64,000 nucleotides of DNA from Octopus sinensis. Its lineage: Eukaryota. The DNA lies in the NCBI RefSeq assembly GCF_006345805.1, contig NC_043023.1:11966001-12030000 (forward strand). Reading direction: 5' to 3'. The position numbers and the translations under genes were made by a program. Shown piece by piece: positions 55,574 through 64,000 of the stretch. The notes beneath the pieces are model-generated. The model saw only the letters and a list, made by a program, of their open reading frames with translations, searched no databases and had not been told where the DNA came from. The stretch's first letter is position 1; each line of letters begins with the position of its first letter.

Positions 55574-56462
55574 ATGAGAAATTATTATCTTATAATGAAT
55601 AATTTAACAAAACCAAAGAAAACTAATTCAGGTGAGAGACCATATCACTGTGATATCTGTGGTAAAACATTCACTGAAGAAAGAGTCTTAACCAAACACA
55701 AATGCATTGATACAGGAGAGAAACCACATCACTGTGATATCTGTGGTAAATCATTCTCTCAAAGTGTTTCCTTGACTATTCACGTACGTACACATACAGG
55801 AGAGAAGCCATATCATTGTGATATTTGTGGTAAATCATTCTCTGAAAATAGTAACTTGACCCGTCACAAACATATTCATACTGGATACAAAGCATATCAC
55901 TGTGATATTTGTGGTAAATCTTTCTCTCTGAATACTAACTTGACTAAACACAAACATACACATACAGGTGAGAAACCACATCACTGTGATGTCTGTGGGA
56001 AATCATTCTCTGAAAATTGCAGTTTAACTATTCACAAGCGTATTCATACAGGGGAGAAGCCATATCATTGTGATATCTATGGTAAATCATTCTCTCGAAG
56101 GAGTCAGTTGGACACTCACAAACGTATTCATACAGGGGAAAATACCATATCATTGTGATATCTGTGGTAAATCATTTTCTCATAGTACCACTTTAATTAG
56201 TCACAAACATATTCATACAGGAGAGAAGCCTTATCACTGTAATATCTGTGGAAAATCCTTTTCTTACAGAAGTGACGTTGTTAGACACAAACGTACATAT
56301 GCGGGAGAGAAACCATATCATTGTAATATCTGTGGTAAATGTTTCTCTCGAAGTAGTGAATTGACTAGTCACAGACGTATTCATACAGAAGAGAAACCAT
56401 ATCATTGTGATGTCTGTGGTGAGTCATTCTCTCAAAAGCGCCACTTAAGTACACATGTGTAA
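55574..56462 (+). pseudogene. C2H2 ZNF gene G, 10 fingers, frameshift near 56140, last finger partly deleted
   Basis: Overlapping ORFs 55565-56158 and 56070-56462; acceptor ends 55178; no same-strand exon 1. Confidence 0.8.
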
Positions 56463-56739
56463 CAATATCAATATCAAAATTTATTACAACAGGACAACAA
56501 TTATAAATATTTTGTCTGCCATAAGACAGGGCTTATTCCTCTTCAAGCTTGATGTTATCAACTTCATTCCCATCGCTGTCAATATGAAATTCATGAATAT
56601 GAACCTCAGTATCATGTATGTGTCTAAATATATTAAAACAGTGATGATTTGTGAAGAACATGGTGCTGGATTTTTGAGGAATTTCTTACGAGAGAATGCA
56701 GGAAAGGGGAAAATGAATACAAGCTTTAAGAGACATTAA

Positions 56740-56904
<165 letters not shown>

Positions 56905-57451
56905 TAAACGAATATATAATATGTAACAGGGACACTTTCATATGTCACCGCCAGAAAATGTTACGGCATAAATCGTTTTCACCTCAATAGACGTCATTTG
57001 TTGGTTGAAATTGCAGAAATTGAAGAAAAACAACAACAAATATCTTACAAATTATAGAATTTTCTCAATAAAGCCAAGAGAAAAAGATGTTTTATAAACA
57101 CATTCTACCAGTTTACGAAGTTTAAAATTTTCATCATATCATTTATATAACTAAATATATCAACACAGAGATGACTTTGATTTCTGAAGATGATTGTGCT
57201 GGATTTTTGAGGAATTTGTTATGAGAGAATAAAGGAATGGGAATAAGGAATAAAAGTTTTAAGTGACATTGATTTTGTCTTTGTTGTGTTTTGATCATCA
57301 TCATCATCTCCATCATCCTTTACCATCCAGGCATGGATGGGAAAGTGTGACAGGTGCTGGCAAGTCAGAGTGCTTCTCCAGGTTCCAGTCAGACCTGGTT
57401 TGTGTAGTTCTATATTTGAGAGATTCGGAATTATGTACATTATTTACTTTA

Positions 57452-57647
57452 GACTGATATTTGTCCTCATCTTGTTGTTAACACAGTATTTCAACTGGTA
57501 TACTCTCCAGCCTTCATCAGGTGTCTTGGGGAAAAACCTTAGGAATGAGAACCCAGGTTCAAAATTTCCCCAATACACCTGATGAAGGCTGGAGAATATA
57601 TCAGCTGAAATGTTGTGTGAACAACACGATGAGGACAAATATCAGTC
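57452..57647. repeat. Palindrome with a hammerhead-like motif in each arm (Penelope-like)
   Basis: CTGATGA 57579-57585 with GAAA 57607-57610; mirror TCATCAG 57514-57520. Confidence 0.6.
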
Positions 57648-57950
57648 AAATGTGGGTTTGGCTTTGTTTCTTTGGTTATATGCTCTTAAGATATATGACG
57701 CATTTTATAAATATTCCTGTTCAAGTATCGTAACTATGAAACTAGTAGTAACGCTTTCAGTTGTGCATTTAATTTGATATATAAAGTGAGATAGGGGTTA
57801 TGAGTGTAACCCACTATGGGATATCATTTATCCAATATACTGCCAGTAAAGTACCCAGAAAGGCTAATACATAAATGCTAAGAATTGCAATGCAATTAAT
57901 TCATGTATTATATGGGCAAAGGTAAAATGTTTTACCTCAAATTCATAATA

Positions 57951-58290
57951 CAAAATAAGAAAATGAAGGAGTAGATTTCTATCAATCATCAACTTCCAGA
58001 TAATACCAGTTCATATAATTTATTAACTAATTATTTAGGAATATCCAGATCAAACAGAACAAAACAGTACACATCAATGAGTAATATAATACCATAAGAA
58101 CATTTTATATTTTTATATTTATATTTATTTATATGTATTGTTCTTATGGTATTATCTTACTCATTGATGTGTACTGTTTTATTCTGTTTGATCTGGATGT
58201 TCCTAACTAATTAGTTAATAAATTATATGAATTGGTATTATCTGGAAGTTGATGATTGAAATTAATCTGTTCCTCCATTTTCTTATTTTG
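57951..58290. repeat. Foldback inverted repeat with ~150 bp arms
   Basis: 57951-58102 is the rc of 58139-58290 with few mismatches. Confidence 0.88.
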
Positions 58291-58899
58291 TAATTTGATA
58301 TAAATATATAAATATATAAATATATATATATGTATGTGTGTGTGTGGACAGGATGTCAGTCTGATAGCTAGAATAAGTGTATACAAGTCTCGTATTTTGA
58401 GTGTGTTTATGTCTGGGGCAGAAGCAGGGACTCACTTCGATAGGGAAATAGAAAATCTCCAAACCTTTCAAATGTGGTGTATGCACCATAGCATATGCAA
58501 CCAAATGGCAAAATAAGACATCGAATGTAAAAATCTTAGAAAAATGTGATATGTCCAGTATTCAAAGCATGTTGATGAGGATTCAGTGAAGATGGGTAGG
58601 ACATGTTTTTCAAATGAAATGTGAATGCTTTCCAAAAATTCAGCAGGATGAACTATTAGCGCTAAACTATTAAGCACAATCCATGCATAATTAAGCCAGC
58701 AGCACCCAGTCGAACAAACACTTCCGTGCATGCGTAATACAATAATGGTGATGTTCTTAACTGTTATATGGGAATGTAAATAGGTTTGCAAATTGTTTTT
58801 GTTACATGTTATTCTGTGTTCTGAATGCTTTTATTTTAATAAATGTTGCTTACTGCAAGTTATGGATGATTCTTTTATGATTTCATTTCTTTCAGGCTT

Positions 58900-59430
58900 A
58901 GCTTAAGGTATTTTCCATGCTTCAGCAACTCTCAGCGTGAAAAAATGTTTCCGAAAGACATGGGAGCTGTGCTGTTTTCTCAGTTTGTATATATGTCCAC
59001 GGGTGTTAGACGGGTGGAGTTTGAAAAGGTGCTCAGAGAGATTGTTAGTAAGATGGTTAGTAATTTTATGGGTGTCTGCCAAGTCAGCTGCCAGACGTCG
59101 GAGATTTAATGCATCCATGTTCAGGGAAGTAAGGCGTTCAGAATATGGCAAATGCCTGATGGAGGGTATTCTAAAATGTTTCCAAAAGTCATGGGAGCTG
59201 TGCTGTTTTCTGACTTTATAAACATGTCCACGGGTGTTAGACGGATGGAGTTTGAAAAGGTGCTCAGAGTTATTTTTAGTGGTTAATAATTTATGAGTGT
59301 CTGCCAAGTCAGCTGCCAGACATCGGAGATTCAATGTATCCTTGCCCAGGGAAGTAAGGCGTTCAGAATATGGCAAATGCCTGATGGAGGGTATTCTCTT
59401 GGTTGCATGTCGCTGAATGGCCTCCAGACG
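58900..59430 (-). mobile_element. CR1-like LINE C-terminal fragment, tandemly duplicated
   Basis: PYSERLTSL...RRLAADL...NTRGH...FFTLRVAEAW. Confidence 0.82.
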
Positions 59431-59594
59431 ATTAACGATGACTGTTCCCCTATTGTTTTATAACCATCCATTCAGTTGGGATGAGGATGCTTCCTTTGAA
59501 ATATAAACAGTGTTGTGGGGCCGCCCCCTGCTTTGTTGTCATGAAAGCTAATTACACTTTGAATATCCCACATGTGATGTGGCATTCTATCCAC

Positions 59595-59980
59595 TGAGAC
59601 GTTATCTGGAGTACTCATCATGACCCACCCTTTCTATCTCTCACCATGTTGTGAACCTTGAGACCCCTTCGGTCACGACACAGACCATGGGATTGCACCT
59701 AGAAAGTTAGCCTCCCAGGCACAAGTCTGGGCAAGGTTGTTTATGGAAGACCAGCAGTCGCCCATGCATACCGCCCCCCCCACTCTCCACGCCACCAGTG
59801 TTATCTAAGGGAAAGGAAAAAGGTCCGATACAGCTTGGCCCTTGTGACATTGCAGCTCATTTCTACAGCTGAGTGAACTGGAGCAACGTGAAATAAAGTG
59901 TCTTGCTCAAGAACACAACATGCAACCCGGTCTGGGATTTGAACTCACAACCTCATGATCGTAAGCTCTAACCACTGAAC
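59595..59980 (-). mobile_element. tRNA-derived SINE
   Basis: rc head CAGTGGTTAG...GAGTTCAAATCCC; TTCTTGAGCAAGACACTTTATTTCAC segment. Confidence 0.6.
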
Positions 59981-60942
59981 CTGAACCTTAAGCTATACGT
60001 AAAATTAAAAAAAGCAGCGAGCTGGCGGACTCGTTAGCACGCTGGGCGAAATGCTTAGCGGTATTTCATCTGCCGCTATGTTCTGAGTTCACATTACGCC
60101 AAGGTAGACTTTGCCTTTCATCCTTTCAGGATCGATAAATTAATTTCCAGTTTCACACTGGGGTCAATGTAATCGACTTAATACCTATGTGTGTCCTTGT
60201 TTGTCCCCTCTGTGTTTAGACCCTGGAGGGTAATAAAGAAATAGGTATTTCGTCTGTCGTTACATTCTGAGTTCAAATTCTGCCGAGGTCGACTTTGCTT
60301 TTCATCCTTTCCGGATCAACAAATAAAGTACCAGTTTCGCACTGGGGTCAATGTAATCGACTTAATCCCTTTGTTCCCTGTATGTTTAGCCCCTTGTGGG
60401 CAGTAAAGAAATATATACGTTAAATTAACCAGGAACAAAAGTGTTACTCTTTTCAGTCATTTGGTTGCGGCCATGCTGGAGCACCGCCTCCAATTGAGCA
60501 ACTCTACCCGGGACTTATCGTTCTTGTAAGCCCAGTACTTATTTTATCGGTCTCCTTTTGGCGAACCGCTACGTAACGGGGACGTAAACACACCAGCATC
60601 GGTTGTCAAGCAATGCTAGGGGGACAAACACTTATATACATATACATATGATGAGCTTCTTTCAGTTTCCGTTTACCAAATCCACTACCAAGGCTTTGGT
60701 CGGCCCGAGGCTATAGTAGAAGACACTTGCCCAAGGTGCCACGCAGTGGGACTGAACCCGGAATCATGTGTTTGGTAAACAAGCAACTTACCACACAGCC
60801 ACTCCTGCACCTGTTGTTTATTCCGCTCTCATCAACTACACACGTTTGGGGTGAACACAAATGGCCATCTGAATTCTCAGCCCTCCCTTGTGACTAATCG
60901 GAATTCCCTTCTTTGCTCAGTGAAATTCCTGTCTATAAGTCT

Positions 60943-61018
60943 GTCACCACTTCGAGAGAATGATTTACCAGAGATATTGCAATGATATGGCTTCTCTCCT
61001 GTATGTGTACATATGTGG
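60943..61018 (-). pseudogene. Isolated single zinc-finger fragment
   Basis: rc [25 protein letters not shown]. Confidence 0.65.
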
Positions 61019-62374
61019 CAATGCCCCACACATATCTGAAGCAACAATAATGGACCTCAGCCCATCTGTGTCATCATTATATATATGTGTGTGTGTGTAT
61101 GGCAGTCACTCAAGATGGTTTCAATGTTTATATTTGAAGGAGAAGACTTAGGCGAGTAATAGAAAGAAAAAAGACAAAACACTTAGAAGAGCTGTATGTA
61201 TGTTCCTTCTATAGCTATGCCTGGCTCATAAGGGCCAGTTTCCCGGTTTCCTTGGCATATAGGTTCCCCACCTGGACAGGACGCCGGTCCGTCGCAGGTG
61301 AGCTGCAAGATGCAGGATGAAAGAGTGAGAGAAAGTTGTGGCGAAAGAGTCAGCAGAAGTTTGCTTTACCTTTTGCTGAAGCCGCATGGAGCTTAGGTGT
61401 TTCACTCATAAACACACAAACACATCGCCAAGTCTGAGATTCGAACCCGCAACGATGAGTCCGCTGCTCTAACCACTAGAAGAGCTGCATCTATTTGCAA
61501 TGAATGCGTGAATGTAATTTGAGTCCAGAAATGTTTTTTGCTATGAAGTCACAATGGGGACATTCATGACTTTGATTGTGCAAAGGATTGAGCGAATGTG
61601 TCTGTTGGTTGGAGGATACAGGTCTGCTATTCTTCTTTTTCATCAACTCAGATTCTTCACATGGCATCCTGACACATTTTACACCATACAGATGGATCTA
61701 GGCAATGGCTTTTGTTAGCATACTTCTGTTGAGATGCTCTGTGTTTCTTTCAATTAATTTTAAATATAACAAAGAATTTAGTAAAATAACTTCATTATCA
61801 TTAAGATAGTGTTAGGAACATAAATTGTGACTAAGGTTTGGTGGAAGATTTTAATTCAAAATTTATGAAAACAAGACATTTGTACTACAGAGACAGAGGT
61901 GGTTTCACATGGGTTGGTATTGAAAGGGTTAAGGGCATAGAGCCAAAGAAACCAAGCCCAATCTGACAGGAACGTGGAGCAGCACTCTGGCTTGCCAGCT
62001 CATGTCACACTTTCCCATCAAAGCCTGCATAGAAAACGGATGCTAAAAATGGATGTTAGAGGATGATGATGAAAACACAACAAAGACAAAATCAAAGTCA
62101 CTTAAAACTTTTATTCCTTATTCCCATTCCTTTATTCTCTCATAACAAATTCCTCAAAAATCCAGCACAATCCTCTTCAGAAATCAAAGTCATCTCTGTG
62201 TTGATATATTTAGATATATAAATAATATTGAAGTTGTGATTCATGAATTTCATGTTGACATCCAAGAAACTGAAGTTGATAATGTCAAGCATGAAGAGGA
62301 ATAAACCCTGTCTTTTAGCAGACAAAATATTCATAATTGTTGTCATGTTCTAATAAATTTTGATATTGATACAG

Positions 62375-63532
62375 TTACACCTGTGTATGAATACTCACAT
62401 GTGTACTTAAATGGCCTTTTTGAGAGAATGATTTACCACAGATATTGCAATGATATGGCTTCTCTCCTGTATGAATACGTATGTGACGAGTCAAATGACT
62501 ATTGCTAGAGAATGATTTATCACAGACATGACAGGGAAATGGCTTCTCTCCTGTATGAATGCGTTTGTGTATTGTTAAGTTACTATTTAGGAAGAAAGAT
62601 TTACCACAGATATCACAATGATATGGCTTCTCACCTGTATGAGCACAATTGTGAGAAGTTAAAGAGCTATTTTGAGAAAATGATTCACCACAGATATAAC
62701 AATGATATGGATTTTCCCCTGTATGAATGCGTTTATGATCAGACAAGTGGCTACTACGAGAGAATGATTTACCACAGATGTCACAATTATATGGTTTTTC
62801 TCTTGTATGTGTATGTTTGTGTCTAAACAAGACACTACTTCGAGAGAATGATTTACCACAAATATCACAATGATATGGCTTCTCTCCCTTATGTGTATGA
62901 TTGTGTTCAGTCAAGGTACTCCTTCGAGAGAAAGATTTACCACAGATGTTACAATGATATGGCTTCTCACCTGTATGAACACGTTTGTGATTAGTTAGGG
63001 AGCTATTATGTGAAAATGATTCACCACAGATATCACAATGATATGGATTTTCCCCTGTATGAACGCGTTTATGATCAGACAAGTGGCTACTACGAGAGAA
63101 TGATTTACCACAGATGTCACAATGATATGGTTTTTCTCCAGTATGTGTACGTTTGTGTCTAAACAAGTCATTACTTTGAGAGAATGATTGACCACAGATA
63201 TTGCAATGATATGGCTTCTCACCTGTATGAGTACGCCTGTGCATAGTCACATGGCCACTTTCAGAAAATGATTCACCACAGATGTCACAATGATATGGTT
63301 TTTCTCCCGTATGTGTACGTACATGCCTAGTCAAAGAACTACTTTGAGAGAATGATTTACCACAGACATCACAGTGATGTGGTTTCTCACCTGTATCAAT
63401 GCATTTGTGTTTGGTCAAGACTGTTTCTTCAGTGAATAATTTACCACAGATATCACAGTGATGTTGCCTCTCACCTGAATCAGGTTTGTTTGGTTTTCTT
63501 AAATCATTCATTATAAGATAATAATTTCTCAT
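62375..63532 (-). CDS. C2H2 zinc-finger protein H, 13 fingers
   Basis: Intact ORF; ATG 63532/63511; leader runs off the window end. Confidence 0.92.
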   Translation of the reverse strand: MRNYYLIMNDLRKPNKPDSGERQHHCDICGKLFTEETVLTKHKCIDTGEKPHHCDVCGKSFSQSSSLTRHVRTHTGEKPYHCDICGESFSESGHVTMHRRTHTGEKPYHCNICGQSFSQSNDLFRHKRTHTGEKPYHCDICGKSFSRSSHLSDHKRVHTGENPYHCDICGESFSHNSSLTNHKRVHTGEKPYHCNICGKSFSRRSTLTEHNHTHKGEKPYHCDICGKSFSRSSVLFRHKHTHTREKPYNCDICGKSFSRSSHLSDHKRIHTGENPYHCYICGESFSQNSSLTSHNCAHTGEKPYHCDICGKSFFLNSNLTIHKRIHTGEKPFPCHVCDKSFSSNSHLTRHIRIHTGEKPYHCNICGKSFSQKGHLSTHVSIHTQV

Positions 63533-64000
63533 ACGTATCACAATGATAATGATTTTTTCATTTCTATGAATATATCTGTGTTCAGTATTTTCAGAGAATA
63601 ATTTAACACTATGTGTCTTTCGTGTGTGTTCTTGTTTAACATCTAAAATGGCAGATGTAGACTGTTAACACTTTCATAAAGTTATCCAAGCTTAATTAAC
63701 CAAGCAATCACCTTCACTACATTCGAAACAGTTCAGTTGTGTCAGTATTTTCAGAGAATAATTTAACACTATGTTCTTGCTTAACATCTAAAATGGCAGA
63801 TGTAAACAGTTAAAACTTTTGTAAATTTATCCAAGCAATCACCTTTTTTACATTCCAAACAGTGAAGGCAACAAAAAAGTTGCTCTTAATTCCATCGTAG
63901 AAGAAATATTTTCTTATCGTTTGTCGTTGATGCGTTGATGAATGTGCCTTATGAATATATGGCCTTCCATTAATTGATGAAAGTCAATCAAAATATCAGA

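Overview
AT-rich eukaryotic DNA, most likely from an octopus or another coleoid cephalopod. This is inferred from the SINE/RTE repertoire and the dense cluster of single-coding-exon C2H2 genes with no KRAB domain. The window is a tandem C2H2 zinc-finger cluster with 12 genes or pseudogenes plus fragments on both strands, interleaved with SINEs, RTE and CR1 LINE pieces, mariner and Helitron remnants and three MITE families. The genes share one modular design: a conserved promoter/non-coding exon 1 cassette ending in a GTAAGT donor, an intron, a TTTCAG|AA acceptor, a 300-450 nt conserved leader, a short N-terminus, a variable finger array and, in most, a conserved last finger plus polyA cassette. 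Main observations: (1) all nine near-complete promoter cassettes carry a same-orientation CTCF-like motif 114-139 bp from the donor; (2) paralogs with near-identical non-coding flanks have reshuffled finger arrays; (3) the 48-51 kb gene pair is a circular permutation of the 10.6-12.7 kb gene with a 2-bp microhomology junction, as expected from integration of a DNA circle; (4) a ~5.3-5.6 kb-arm inverted duplication; (5) a palindrome with paired hammerhead-like motifs. All identities and repeat boundaries were judged by eye and are approximate.
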